DNA of 47,089 nucleotides from Hydrolagus colliei (Eukaryota): NCBI GenBank assembly GCA_035084275.1, contig CM068756.1, positions 11,780,001 to 11,827,089 of the forward strand, read 5' to 3'. Shown piece by piece: positions 34,474 to 47,089 of this stretch (position 1 is its first letter; each line of letters starts with the position of its first letter). The notes under the pieces were generated by a model. It saw only the letters and a program-made list of their open reading frames with translations, ran no database searches and was not told where the DNA came from. The position numbers and the translations under genes were made by a program.

Positions 34474-37400
34474 ACATGGATTAAAATAAGTAATAAATTA
34501 TGTGCTTTATTTGTAATGTGGAATTACATGCCTTGCCCCGCCATATTTAACCAATTTACTCTCCCCCTACAAGCACACCCGACGCGAAAGGCGCTTTGAA
34601 GTGTAATTTGTTGTTGTTGTTGTTGTTATAAAGGTGCCAAGAGAATGCCTCTTGGCAGAGGTAGAGTACTGACTCTCTTGAGAGACGTACTTTCCCTCTC
34701 CTTGCTGCAAGTATTGAATAAACTATATTTCTGACCTAACTCTGTTTGTGAGTGTTGGTTTCTTCCCAGCCTATAGCGACCACACGTGCATTTAACAATA
34801 ACTGGACATTATACACCACCATAAATGTTCTAAATGGGACGTCCTCGCGATGTGAAAGCCTCTCTATAAATGTCATTTTGTTGTTTGTTGTAAAACTGTT
34901 TAAATGGATGAATATCACCGCTGTAACTATTACAATCTGTGTCCAAACAGAAAACAGAACACCGGGAGAATCTTTAAAATAACACGATGGGAGTTTTTTG
35001 GGTAAGAGGGGTAAAATGGTGGGGAAAGTTCCTTTAGAAAGGCAGCTGTGAGCTCTATATGGGGGTGGAAATTGTCCGTTGCGGCTGTCACTTCACAGCG
35101 TTGGGGGCTGGTTCACTTTAAGAGGTAAAACCCGCAGCCTCCGGTTTAAGATTCCAGGCATCTGGAGCTCCTGGTTGTCCAGTAATCTCTATAGTGGTCT
35201 ATATAGCGCTGTCTCCCTCCGTCTGCTTCAATCCTCGTCCTTCTCTGGCTTCACTGTGACTCAGCAAAACGAGGAACTCAGTAACAAGGCCTCGGTCTTC
35301 AGCCGTTCTCGAACCTTCTCAGAACATTCAGATTTCCCGCCACTCACCACCACAACGACTTCAGGGTTTGGGTTCGGTTTCTTTGTTATTGCAATACTTG
35401 ACTGGAGCTGTCATACCTAACTCTAACATTAAAGCAAAACAGCAGATTCTCAGTCGCCACTGAAAATTTAACTCTTTACTTCCAAAGTAGCAACAAAGAT
35501 TGACAACACTTGCCTGATATCATGTATTTCACACAGCAAAATGTCCAACTTTCCCCATAAAGGATGAGGGAAGGGAGGTGATCGGGCCCAAAGGAATGGA
35601 TAGCAGTTTTGGAAGCAGCAAAGAGGTCAGGAAGACAGAAGGAGCCCTGACTGCTGAGGGAGATTGTCTCGTCAGTTATTCTGACCATGTCGGACTCTGG
35701 TCAGTGGACAGAAACTGAACTATAGGAGCTCTAGCTATGGCAATAACTCATTCCAAAACTTTAGATAGGAAGGGCATGTTGGAGATCAGCCAGTAGTTGG
35801 GGAGTTTGGAGGGATCGAGGGTAGGTTTTTTTTTGAGGTGAGACGGTTGGTAGCAGTTTCACGCAATTGGGAATGGTATCAGAAGAGAGGGCCAGGTTGA
35901 TTATCAGGGGCCAAAAGAGGAGCAATTGTATGGTCAGAAACTGGGTGGGAAGGAGGTTATGGAGATGGTGGGCTTCATGTGACACGAGTCTGGAGAGGAA
36001 CAGGTTAGGGTAAGGATGACAGGGGGTTAGAGGAATAAAACAGCGGGAGAAATGCAGCTCTGGGCTCCATCTAGTGGGGAAATTGGAACCTAATGGAGTA
36101 TTTGAGAACATGAAAGGGTTCGGATGAGGTGAACATTACAGGTTGTTTCTGCTTGTTGGCCAATCCAAAATGAGAAGTCATCAACATAAAAGAGTTAGTC
36201 GCGCCTTTAAAAGATATCATGCAGAGTGTGGTGAGAAATGTGAAACTCACTGTCAGCCACTGCAGTTGAGGCAAAAAGCATCTAACAACAACAATAAATT
36301 ACCGTTTGTATCGCACCGTTCTCATCAGGAGGACATCCTAAAGCGCTGGACAATCAGCGATCCGCACCCGAGCTGGTGATTGGCATCAGGAGGAATGGAT
36401 GACGAGGAAAGTAAGGGTCGGAGGGTGTCCCAAGGCACAGTCGAAGAGCAGACGGGTCTTCAAAGAGCCAAGTGTGGGAGTGATTTATTAACGATGTATT
36501 TCAGAGGAAGCATAATGCATACACGAGGGAAAGGGAAATAAAGGGACAAAGTAGGGGGAGGGGGGTGTGGATTAGGAATGGCGAAGGGTGTGTATAAATC
36601 CCAGTGCAAGATAGTTTGACCTTATGATTTGTTTCTGGCCATAACACTCTATGTAACTCTGTGCAAGAGATGAATATCTCTGACCCAAAAATCATTTGAG
36701 GCAATGGAAATCCAGATTTCTTACAATATTTAATTAGAAATAGTGAATGACTGTAATACCATGTTATTTTGCACTCTGCACGAACAAACTTTCCTGGAAG
36801 CAATGACTCCCGATGAGACTCGTAAAAGCTCAGACGACAAGCACATTATTTATCAGGGTAGGTAAGGGAGAGGACATCACTCCAAGTGGGTTCAGCTAAC
36901 GCTCAGGTTTGAAAAGATTCAAATAAAATTGGTCACTCACTCCATAATAGTAATACTGTAGTAATCCTTTCATTTGATAGGGCGCTTTTCACATATTCTA
37001 GACGTCTCAAAGCGCTTCACAGAATATATTATAAAGTGAATTGACTGTAGATATGTGGGCAAAATGTTTCAGTCAATTGCGCACAGCAGTGTCGCACAAA
37101 CAGTCGTGGATTGAAATGTCCAATTTTTTTTTTGAGGGATTATTATCAGGCGTGTGGAGTAAGGAACACGTCCAAGTTTCGCCCTGACCGGGAAACAAAC
37201 TCGGGTCTCTCACTTGTAAGGCGAGCGCTCTAACCACCGAGCTACAGGACTCCATGGCTGTCTGTGGGTTTTGTGCAAACAACAAACAAAAATACTTAAT
37301 CACCATTTTACAATATATCCTGTGATGATGTACTCCTAACATGATACATGCTGCACTAAATGTGAGGATTATCATAATTCTATTGTTATTATTGAGACTC

Positions 37401-37544
37401 ACACCAGTGTCACCCTGGAATACTATACTACTATAGTAGTATAGTAGTATAATAAATATCAGTAACAGGTTTGGATGAAATATCATGTCCATTAAATCAC
37501 TAAATAACAATCATCAGACAACAGTATCCATGTTAAGTGCCTCA

Positions 37545-37695
37545 TTAAGCCCATTTGACAATGATGCTGGCGAAACCTTTAACGTCACGCAGTTTGTTGC
37601 TGTCGAAATCCACCATCAGTTTCCGTAAACCCAGCTTGAAGGGTGTGAAGGGCACCGTGATCACCACCTCTTGTCCGGGTTTGATTTCTTCATTT
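37545..37695 (-). CDS. Transglutaminase last coding exon (NEEIKPGQE...[28 protein letters not shown])
   Basis: tacag| acceptor, in-frame TAA at 37547-37545; typical TG C-terminus. Confidence 0.95.
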
Positions 37696-40600
37696 CTGTA
37701 TCGAATCAGAGAGTCACGAAGGAATGAAATATGAAAGGCGTTTTAATTTCTCTGTAGGGTTTTTAATTGAAACAGCCAAACACTTGCTCAGAGTAAAGTG
37801 TGCGTAAGTACAATTGACTTTAATTATCATCACATTGACGGTTAATAATCCCATAACAGATAAAAATAAAATGGATTATTTAAATCCACAACTGTGTGTG
37901 GGACACTGCTGTGCGCAATTGCCTGCCACATTTCGCTCACAAATATACAGTCAATTCACTTGACAGTATATTCTGTGAAGCGCTTTGAGACGTCTAGAAG
38001 ACGTGAAAAGCACTATGTCAAATGTAAGGCTTACATTAAGATTCACTGCACGATCTCCCAGTGTTTGTATTTGAGTAAGTTTTACTCACGGAGACTGAAC
38101 CTCTTGCAGATCGAGGAGCCCTGCCCCCTCCAGGGTGAAGATCCCCTTGGTTAACGTGATGGGGAGGGGGTTTGAGAACTTGACTTGGACGAGCAGTTGC
38201 TGGTACAGGATTGGCTCACCAATCACCTGCCGCAAGGGGAAGAAAGAAAGAAATGCACGTGGAACGGATTTCAAAGGCGAACGTCACCCGCGACAGTCGA
38301 TTTGCGCCCAGCCGACGTGAAATACTCCTGAACTAGCCGTCCGTCCGTCCACTCTGGGAACGTAAAGAGGAGTCAAATCGGTGGCTCGTGGGAGGACACT
38401 GACCTGCAGAGCGAGCCGAGGCGGGTTCAGGGCAATGTTGCGTTCCTTCAGAGTCACTTCAGACCGGCCCTTCGAGGTGGCTGCCACGATCAATCGGATC
38501 ACATTGTGTTCGGAGAGATGCTCCCCGTAATGCTCGTATTGAAACCTCAGAACTTCTCTTTGTTCTGAACCGACAGGAAAGAAACAGTGACAGTGAGAAA
38601 TCCTTGCCTTGGCTGTGGCCAGCGCTTTATCAATTCCCCAGAGATGTCTCACGGCGCTTCACAGGATGTGCGCAAAGTGGTTCGACTGTATGTATTTTGC
38701 GGCGCAAGAAAAGGTTTTACCTCCTGAAGCTTTCAACTTGAAGACCTTCGTCTGCTTCATAAATTCCTTTAAGGTGACTCCGCTATAGGTGACGGTGTTG
38801 GCAGAAATGGACAAGTAGATATCACGGTCCATGAAGCCAAGGTTCCAAACGCTGATGTACACGTCAAAGTCAGACCCCAGGACAGGCTGAGCGTGTTTAA
38901 TGGTCACCTTGATGTCCCGCTTTGAGGAGGTGGGGTTGAGCTTCATTCCTGCTTTGGTGTAGACTTCCCTTTCCTTGGAAGAACCTGCAAATATACAGCA
39001 ATACAGATCTCAAGAGCATCAAACCGCACTGCTAATGCCCCCGCCCACAGATACTGTGCAATAATAGTTTCACACCACTGTTATTGAGATGAAACCCTGA
39101 GAGAGTCTCGTGAACTTGCAGTTGAAAGTAAATGTGATCGCTGCTCCTTTTTCGTTCTACAGAATTGGCTTTTAATTGACCGTACGGTGTACTAATCTAC
39201 GTCAGTTATAAGTACCTGGACCAGAGGAAAGCCTTTAGACTATGCGTTGATAATAGGAGATACTCTTTGACCCGACGTGCTTTCCCATTTTATTGTGGAA
39301 CTGAACACTCAATGTGGTACAGCAAGAAGCAGCGTTGCGGGCTGGGGCTGGGTGGAATTAACTTTTAGAAACGAAGATACATAAATAAATGATTCTTGCA
39401 TTCGATATGGGGCCTTTCATGCCTGAAAGACGACTCAAAGGATTCACTGTAAAGTGTATTTCGTAGGAAAACGTAGCGTCCAATGCCCACAACAATGTCC
39501 TACGAACAGCCGTGGAGAGAGTAACCAGTTTTATCTGGGGGATTGTTGGCCAGGAAACCAGGAGAGGGAAGCTCACTTCTCCTTTCTAATATTGGGACAC
39601 GATCCTCAATGGCCACTGAATAGGTAGACGGTGTCTCCGTTTAACGTCTCATCCAAAGGACGGAGCCTCCAACAACTTCCTCACTTCCCCAGCTCCGGAA
39701 TAGAGTGTGGGGCTGGATAACGAGCTCAATAACCCAACCTGGGGCTTGAACTCAACAACCTTCTGACTCAGAGGAGAGAGTGTTCCTGATTGAGTCAGGC
39801 TGACACCTGAAACGAACATGATAATAATCCTTGCATTTGATATAGCGCTTTTCATGTCTTGAAGACGTCTCAATGAGTTTCACAGAATATGCTGTAAAGT
39901 GAATTGACTGCGTATATGTGGGTGAAACAGAGAAGCTAATTGCGCACAGCAGTCGCAGATTGAAATGGTCGATTTATTATTGGGGGTTTTTTGGAAGGAT
40001 TATTTTTAGGCGTGTGGTGTAGCTTGGGAAACTTACCCAAGGTTTCACCCTGCCTGGAATTGAACCCAGATCGCTTGCTTGTAGTGCTCTAAAGAACTGA
40101 GCTACAGAAATACCCCCCAAAACGTCCACTCTGTTTGAGCGCACACAGTCGGCAGCCCTTACTTACCCTCCGCGTATTTATACTCGTGTGTGATGTCCTC
40201 TCTACGGTCTCCGTAGACACTCTTTGTGCTGATGTGCTTCCCCACTTTGTTGTGCTTGACTCCCATCTCTGTCTTCGTTCCGTCTTCGTTCACCAGCCAG
40301 TAAACCACGTCGGCGTTCACCTCGGCAAAGATGAACACAGCATCATACTTCACCTCAACGTTGCCTTCTCTTATTGCCTTGACCGGGCAAGGGCCACAGC
40401 AGTAGATACCTGGCACAGCAGGAAAGCATCAGAGAGTTACAGTGGGTAGGAGGAATTGAGTCCAGAGAATCGCAGGGGGAAAATGGATGAACAGAAAGGG
40501 ACACTGATTTGTATTGCAAAATCTCCATAAGAAATTCTTAGCGAGTCCGCAACAAAAGAGGCATAAATAAAGGACATGTCACTGACAGATATAATAGAAA

Positions 40601-43600
40601 TTTTAGGAGGAACTGCTTCACACAGAGGGTGGTGACGATGTGGAGTTCACTGCCAGGAGCTGTGGTTGAAGTAAAATGCATCAGTGAATTGAAGAGCAAA
40701 CGCCTCAAAGCGCTTCACTGGATTTACTGTAAAGAGTAGGGACTTGGTGTATTTTTGTAGGTGAACATGGCATCCAATTTGCACACAGCAATGTCCCACA
40801 AACAACCATGGAGTGAGTGATCAATTTTATTTTGGGGGGAAATTGTTGGCCAAGGCACTGTCTTGGCTCACAGTGTCAAGACTCCCTTCTCTTTTTGAGT
40901 AGCACCATGGGATCTTATGGGATAATACCATCCAATATACATTTATACAGTGTGTCTTGTTTCACTATGTAAATGCTGTGCTACACTGGATCATTAGCCT
41001 GGACTAGTCCTGATTTGGAGCTTGAACCTCTAGCCTTCTGGCTCGGCAATCAAAATGATACCAACTGAGCCAGGCTGACAGTTTAGAACACAAGACATTT
41101 CAGATCTCAGGTCTATCTGTTGGGAGGGGTGAAGGGAAGAAATCTGTCTGTTCCTTTTATTTAGTTTACAATCAATCAATCAATCAATCAACCAACCAAT
41201 CAATCCTTACATTTATATAGCGCCTTTCACGTCGAAAGGAAGTCCCAAGGTGCTGTATAGTTAGGTAGGGGCAAGAGCAGGAGGGGAGGGGTCGGGGCAG
41301 GATGAAGAAGAGCAGGAAAATTGATTGTATATTTGTGGGCGAAACGCGGCAGCCAAATTGCGCATAGTAGCGTCCCAAAAACAGTAATGGAAGTGGGATT
41401 AGGGGAAAACGGGGGGAAAGGTGGCGAGGGGAGGGGTCAGGGCAGGGGGAAGGAGAGCAGGAAAGCCGACCGTACACGTGTGGACGAAACGCGGCAGCGT
41501 TCCACAACCTGGTACCGATTGCCAAAGCCATGTTTAGAAAGCTTCTGTCCTGACCATACTGACCGGCGCTCTTCTCTTGCGGAGTAGGATCCAAGACTTG
41601 CCATCCATCATAACCAGAGGCGAGGTCGGGGCGAGCCATCCATGATTCCACCCAGCAATGATAATTCCTGTGTAAAAAGCAAAGGACAGCAAAAAAAACA
41701 CAACAAAATAATGAGCAACAAACCATTTTGGTTAAGATTGGATTTGACAGAAATTCCTTTACCCCAGAGAGCCATTTGTGATCCGGAATGCACTGCCTGA
41801 AAGGGTAGCGGAAGCGGATTTGATAGTGGCTTTCAAAGGGGGATTCAATTTATAATTATAAAGGAATAATTTGCAGGGCTATAGGGGGAGCGTGGGTGAT
41901 GGGACTAGTTGGACAGCTCTTTCAAAGAGCTGGCACAGACACGGTGGGCCAAATTACTATTAATAATCTTTAAATTTGACATTTCAATAACAACAACAAG
42001 AAGTTACATTTGTTACACCCGGGAGGACTTCCCAAGACAATGATTTGAACCGTCTGAGAGCTTTCATACAACAACAACTTTGATTTATGTAGCGCCCTCC
42101 ACGCCGGACGGCGTCTCAGAGCGCTTCATGTCTAAAAGTAAGATTTTATTGAAGTGTAGTGGATGTATTTTATAAAGCTGGATGCTTGCCAATGGTAATG
42201 ATTACAGGGGAACAACATGGCCTTCTCATAGTCCTTCAGCTGAGTGTAGAGGCATTAGTTGGTGATTAGACCGATAAATGCTTAATAAAGGTTATTAAGT
42301 TATTAATGCTTAATAAAGGTTAATAAAGGTTATTAAAGGTTTAATCGCTCACTGCAGGTACCTTCAGCTCCTTGGCCACTTAATCCACGACTGTTTCTGG
42401 GGACCACCGCTGTGCGCAATTGGCTGCCGCATTTCGCGCACAAACATACAGTCAATTCACTTTACAGTATATTCTGTGAAGCGCTTTGAGGCATCAATAA
42501 GATGTGAAAAGCGCTATATCAAATGCAAGGCTTATTATTATTATTATTACCAACCAATACCCACCATATTGTATCTTTCTTTTTCGAAGGCAAACGTGAG
42601 AAGTATTCATCGCTGTAGAACTGGTCCACTTGGAGATTGCCGTCGGTGTCGTGGGCCGAGGAAAAATTTGTGATACAACGAGTGGGGATGCCCAAACACC
42701 TCAACACTGGGCACCAAGGCCGAACAGAATGAGGGGGGGAAAGAAATTCACGTTAATAAATCCACAGGGAACCAATACGTGTTCGAATCCAGGCAGATCA
42801 GAGCGAACCCTCGGGCAAGTTTCCTTACTCCACACGCCCAATAATAATCCCTCAAAAAACCCCCAGAAAAAATCGGTCATTTCAATCCCTGACTGTTTGT
42901 GGGACACTGCTGTGCCCACAAAGATACAATTAACTTTACAGTATATTCTGTGAAGCGCTTTGAGATGTCTAGAAGACGTGAAAAGCGCTATATCAAATGC
43001 AAGGATTATTATTATTGTATCGAAGTGTCAGTTTCGAAGCATGCGCAGAAGTGAGAGGGAGTTGCAAATTAGTCCTTAATCTCGCTAAGGGAAGTGCACT
43101 TGAGGTAGTAACCATTTTAATGCTTGTACTGCATTTGGTATTGCGCCTTTCATGTCAGGAGGACGTCTCAAAGTGCTTCACAGGATACACTGTCATATGT
43201 TGTGCCTGTGATTTTGTAGGCAGCTAATTTATCTACTAAGCCAACTTGTCTGCATTCCCACATTAGGTGTGGAAAGGCAGTTTATATATATATATATTTA
43301 GTATATATATATATTCATTATATGTTATATTTCTGGAGTATTTTCCCAAATCGAGAGATGATAGTAAGGGCTTTGAGCGGGGGGAGTTGTGGGGGCGGGG
43401 GGTTGGGGCGTCAGTTCTGGTATGATGGTATCAGATGGGCAGAAGAGTAGATGAAATTTCAGTCTGTCTAAGTGCCTCAGTTGAGATACTGAATGTTAAA
43501 TATAGAGCAGGAATGCTGCTGTTATGATGTGATTGCTTCTTCCGTCTGTTTACTGGCTCCCAGATGGGAGTGGAGGGGAGAGAGAAATACTGTAATCACA

Positions 43601-46417
43601 GCTTGATCCGATCTTTCAATCCAACACAGAGTAACAAGCACAGTCTTACCTGTACAGGTGACAGCAGCAAACACCCAGCACTGGCCGTACTTAACTGCCT
43701 GAGTGCCAGAGCTGCTCCAGAGGCGAAGGATGGGAACACTGCCTGTCCACCTAGTGGGGGGGATTCCATCAGAGTACTCCCCATCCCATCTTCCCGAGAT
43801 CACCCCATTGTCATCGTTTGAATTCACCTTGATCAGGGAGGAAAGGTAGAGTAAAGCTGTCAGCTTTGGTAATAACTAACTTAGAGAGGAAATCTATCAA
43901 AGGAAGAGAGTGCTTTTTTCTATTTCCAGCTGCCTCGATTTCCTGCAAGGAATAATTTTTTGTCCACTCAATCGACGATCGTTTGTGGGACGCTGCTGTG
44001 TGCAATTGGCTGCTGCGTTTCACCCACAAAATATACGTTCGATTCACTTTTCCGAGTTTGTATTTTCTTCAGAAGCACCTCCATCAGCAGATGTGTGTCT
44101 GTGACCATGATTAGGTTAGTGTATCTCAGTGGGGAAATAATAATGATAATCCTTGCATTTTGATATAGCGCTTTTCACATCTTCTAGACCTCTCAAAGCA
44201 CTTCACAGAATACGTACTGTAAAGTGAACTAACTGTAATATTTTCTGGGCAAAACACAGCAGTCAATTGCGCACAGTAAGTGTCCCACAAATAGTCGTGG
44301 ATTGAAATGACCAATTTATTATTATTTTTGAAAGGGATTATTATCAGGCATGTGGAGTAAGGAAACTTGCCCAAGGTCTCACCCTGCTGGGAATTGAACC
44401 CAGGTCTCTCGCTTGTAAGGCAAGTATGAGTTGTATTAGAACTGATAGCCAGACACTTAATTGGACATTTAATGTCATTGTATTCTACGCTGTTCTAATC
44501 GTGAGTCTGATATTTCAGGTGCAGTCAAAGGCAAAGATACAGAGATCTCTCTCCAGGCTCACCATTGCTGTCACTGTTCTGCAAACGTAAACAGGATCGT
44601 TCCTTCTCAGGATGTCATACGACAGATTTTTCAGAGCAGACAGACTGTTGTCCAGGATTTGAAAGCAAATATCCACGACGTCTTTCTCAAACTGTAAAAA
44701 AAAAACATACTTGAACTCAACATTTATCTCATCCTGTTGAAACTTTTCGAAGCATTTCACACTTTGGGCTAGTCTGAAATATGGTGGTCTGTCGTGCAAA
44801 CTCTCTGTCTGTAACACCAAAGGCTCACTGTGCCAGCAAAGAGACGATTGACTACATCTTAATCTTTTAGGGAGTGAATCTGAATGAGGGAGGAATTTGA
44901 CAATGAATTCAAAAGGCGCAGTTCGACAATAAAGTACCGAATACAATTTACTTTTATACAAGTTACATTTATACGGCACCTTTCACATCGGGAGGACGTC
45001 CTAAACAGCATTCACAGTGCTGGGGGTGGGAACTGAGGGAGGTCACTACACTTTACAGTGTATCCTGTGAAGCACTTTGACACATGAAAGGCGCTGAATA
45101 ATAATAATAATAATCCTTGCATTTGATATAGCGCTTTTCATGTCTTCTAGACATCTCAAAGCGCTTCACAGAATATACTGTAAAGTGAATTGACTGTATA
45201 TTTGTGAGCGAAATGCAAGGCTTATTATTTGAGTGAGGAAATGAATCTCGATTGAAAAGGTTTAAAAGTGGAGCCATCTAAGTTCAGCAATGGTAGTTGT
45301 TGGTTAGACTAGTGAGGGAGGGGAGGCATCTGAAGCAAACAAATGAACACAGAACGAGTTATCAACAGAAGAGTGGATAGAGTCGGATAATGAGTTGAGG
45401 GGTATTCTCTGAACTGGTGCAGAGAGAGCAAAATAACCTTAGAGCCATGAAGCACGTGATAAAGTATATAAAAAGTAACAGTGGGTGAATTCTTGTTGTT
45501 ACCTGTCCGTATGTCCAGGACACGGGGAAAATGTCATGATGTGCCCCCCGGTACAGCAGCCCATCTTCATTCATCACATACTCCTCGAGCAGGTCCTGAT
45601 CAGCCAGGGAGACAGCATCCTCTGAAAGAAACCAGAGTAAGGGATAAGTGACTCCAATTACTCTGCTGCGTCAACAATTTTATTTCCTCCTCCACTTCTG
45701 AAAGCACTGACTTGGGTTTACGCCACAGCCACCCACTGTTCTGCACCTCCAGCTGTGACCGTCCATCGACTGACTGTCTATGACTGTCCTCTGGCTTTAT
45801 TTAATAATAATCCTTGCATTTGATAGAAGACGTAAATAGCGCTATATCAAATGCAAGGATTTTTAAAATTATTCTAGACGTCCTAAAGAGCTTCACAGAA
45901 TATGCTGTAAGGTGAATTGATTGTATATATTGGGGTGAAACGCGGCAGCCATTTGCGCACAGCAGCGTCCCACAAACAGTCATGAATCGATTGACCGAAA
46001 TATTAGTATTTTTTTGGGGAGAGATAAATATCAGGCGTATGGAGTAAGGAAACTTGCCCAAGGCTTCTCCCAGACCTGCCGGGAATTGAACCCAGGTCTC
46101 TCGTCGTAAGGTGACCGCTCTAACCACTGAGCTACAGGACTCCACAGTGGTTACGTGCGGTTAAAGTGGAGCGTTACCTCTACACCAGGGATTGAAGAGA
46201 AGGTAGAAATGTCCGGCCACGATCCGCTGGATGGGCATCCCTTCCCTCCGGGAGAGCAGCAGGTTGATCTCGTAGTATCCTATCACCGCGTTGCCTGGGC
46301 TGTGGATGGTGACATGGAGCCGGCCGGCCTCTGGCTGCAGACTGCAGCTCCAAGTGTCTGATTTCACTTCAGTACCCACTTCAATCCGACTTCCGTTATC
46401 CACTGCGGGATCTGGAC
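37545..46417 (-). CDS. Transglutaminase (protein-glutamine gamma-glutamyltransferase; TGM2/TGM5-like, resembling fish tgm5l-type), exons equivalent to 3-13; 5' exons not identified in window
   Basis: Eleven GT-AG exons splice in frame. Motifs [17 protein letters not shown] (catalytic Cys), [20 protein letters not shown] (His), [11 protein letters not shown] (Asp), [22 protein letters not shown]. Exon sizes 119/129/178/104/243/161/137 match the TGM2-type gene structure. Orthology cannot be fixed without a phylogeny. Confidence 0.97.
38090..38226 (-). CDS. Transglutaminase exon 12 equivalent (VIGEP...FSNPLPITL...EGAGL)
   Basis: ggcag| acceptor, CC|gtgagt donor, 137 bp; FxNPL and EGAGL barrel motifs. 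Confidence 0.95.
38404..38564 (-). CDS. Transglutaminase exon 11 equivalent ([13 protein letters not shown]...PPRLALQ)
   Basis: ttcag| acceptor, CAG|gtcagt donor, 161 bp. Confidence 0.92.
38721..38984 (-). CDS. Transglutaminase exon 10 equivalent ([13 protein letters not shown]...FKLKASG)
   Basis: ttgcag| acceptor, G|gtaaa donor, 264 bp. Confidence 0.92.
39390..39805 (-). mobile_element. Old SacSINE1/Deu-like SINE (similar copy at about 40700-41080)
   Basis: Minus strand gtcagcctgactcaa...ctctgagtcagaaggttgttgagttcaag...ggatgagacgttaaac resembles shark SacSINE1-type elements as I recall them. Confidence 0.65.
39820..40108 (-). mobile_element. tRNA-SINE with L2 tail (intronic)
   Basis: tgtagctcag head, gggttcaattcc B box, tail gaaaagcgctatatcaaatgcaaggattatt. 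Confidence 0.85.
40167..40409 (-). CDS. Transglutaminase exon 9 equivalent ([16 protein letters not shown]...EYKYAE)
   Basis: ccag| acceptor, G|gtaagt donor, 243 bp. Confidence 0.97.
40595..40700 (+). mobile_element. CR1 LINE 3' fragment
   Basis: Translates as [23 protein letters not shown], similar to the CR1 ORF2 end. Confidence 0.7.
41564..41667 (-). CDS. Transglutaminase exon 8 equivalent with catalytic His and Asp (NYHCWVE...VLDPTPQE)
   Basis: acag| acceptor, G|gtcagt donor, 104 bp. Confidence 0.97.
41750..41955 (+). mobile_element. CR1 LINE 3' end fragment
   Basis: ggaatgcactgcctgaaaggg...gctttcaaaggg...ttgcagggctat...gctctttcaaagagctggcacagacacg. Confidence 0.65.
42385..43016 (+). 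mobile_element. Two partial SINEs flanking exon 7 (about 42385-42550 and 42778-43016)
   Basis: Same body and tail as the other SINE copies. Confidence 0.8.
42565..42706 (-). CDS. Transglutaminase exon 7 equivalent ([21 protein letters not shown]...DTIW)
   Basis: cccag| acceptor, TG|gtggg donor, 142 bp. Confidence 0.95.
43650..43827 (-). CDS. Transglutaminase exon 6 equivalent with active-site Cys ([13 protein letters not shown])
   Basis: aag|GTG acceptor, G|gtaag donor, 178 bp. Confidence 0.97.
44135..44425 (-). mobile_element. tRNA-SINE (intronic)
   Basis: gggttcaattccc B box, body and L2-type tail. Confidence 0.85.
44563..44691 (-). CDS. Transglutaminase exon 5 equivalent ([14 protein letters not shown]...[12 protein letters not shown])
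   Basis: tttttacag| acceptor, ATG|gtgag donor, 129 bp. Confidence 0.95.
45503..45621 (-). CDS. Transglutaminase exon 4 equivalent ([20 protein letters not shown]...WTYGQ)
   Basis: ttctttcag| acceptor, CAG|gtaac donor, 119 bp. Confidence 0.95.
45800..46146 (-). mobile_element. Full-length tRNA-SINE (intronic)
   Basis: gtggagtcctgtagctcagtggttagagcg head, gggttcaattcccgg B box, tail. Confidence 0.9.
46178..46417 (-). CDS. Transglutaminase exon 3 equivalent (GPDPAVDNG...[10 protein letters not shown])
   Basis: cag|GTCCA acceptor, G|gtaac donor, 240 bp, phase 1-1. Confidence 0.92.
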
Positions 46418-46825
46418 CTGTCCACAGAATTGAATCACTTTGGGGCAAATACACTTCCCGGCGTTGTTTTGCTAATTCAGTAAAGGGGCCATTCCAGGGG
46501 GGCAAAAAATATATAGCTATTTGCAGAATGTTGCTTCTAACATTCAAGAGGGTTTATTTGAGTCTTTGGTTTATGTATATTTCACAACCGTCCGTCAGTT
46601 TCAACGACCTTGCGTTTTTGCACTCTCGTTGCAACTCCAGGAATGTTTCATTGTGCAGTATTTTGAAATGAATGGCTTGCGCATGTTACAATGCTAATTT
46701 CATATCACAATTCAGTAAAGAAACCTCGGGGTGGATCGCTTGGCTTAAAACATAATGAAGTGGGCGACAGGACGGAAAGGCTTACCGATTGGAGGCTCAA
46801 CACAATTTGTTCTTATCCAACAGCT

Positions 46826-47075
46826 GTAAGTAATAATAACAATAATAATAATTGCAGTTGATATAGCGCTTTTCATGTCTTCCAGACGTCTCAAAGCACT
46901 TCACAGAATGTACTGTAATGAATTGACTGTATATTTGTGGGAGAAATGCAGCAGCCAATTGCGCACAGCAGCGTCCCACAGTCGTGCATTGAAATGATCG
47001 ATTTATTATTGTTTATTTTAAGGGATTATTATCAGGCGTGTGGAGTAAGAAAATTTACCCAAGGTTTCACCCTGA
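46826..47075 (-). mobile_element. SINE body and tail at the window end
   Basis: gtgggacgctgctgtgcgcaattggctgc body, (TTA)n tail. Confidence 0.85.
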
Positions 47076-47089
47076 CCTGACAGGACTGA

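Noticed and set aside
42280-42342. Short taataaaggttattaa repeats and the (TA)n tract near 43283-43312
   Set aside because: Ordinary low-complexity intronic sequence.
46786-46823. Possible 38-nt transglutaminase exon (ttacag|...ATCG|gtaagc)
   Set aside because: Splice signals look plausible but the acceptor abuts a SINE tail and no frame resembles transglutaminase exon 2; unresolved without RNA data.

Overview
Vertebrate genomic DNA, most likely a cartilaginous fish (inferred from shark/chimaera-type tRNA-SINEs with L2 tails, SacSINE1/Deu-like SINEs and L2/CR1 debris). The right end (37.5-46.4 kb, minus strand) holds 11 exons of an intact transglutaminase gene with TGM2-type exon sizes and a complete Cys-His-Asp triad; its 5' exons are not identifiable in the window. 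The left 35 kb is a young, mosaic tandem array made of a ~5.67 kb unit and three ~6.52 kb units. It carries two orphan copies of the last three transglutaminase exons and about 13 copies or fragments of a small plus-strand gene family that I do not recognise. Each family member has the same plan: a promoter with a heat-shock-element-like cassette, a short non-coding first exon, one intron, and one coding exon of 103-144 aa. The predicted proteins have an amphipathic N-terminus ending in GDRG, an Asn-rich middle with a RHIM-like YNxTxI-x-GNxN motif, and a conserved RHQ(L/V)GS tail. Three diverged subfamilies (called A, B, C here) keep open frames despite indels, and differences between B copies are almost all non-synonymous. 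Function is inferred, not demonstrated; no database search was possible.
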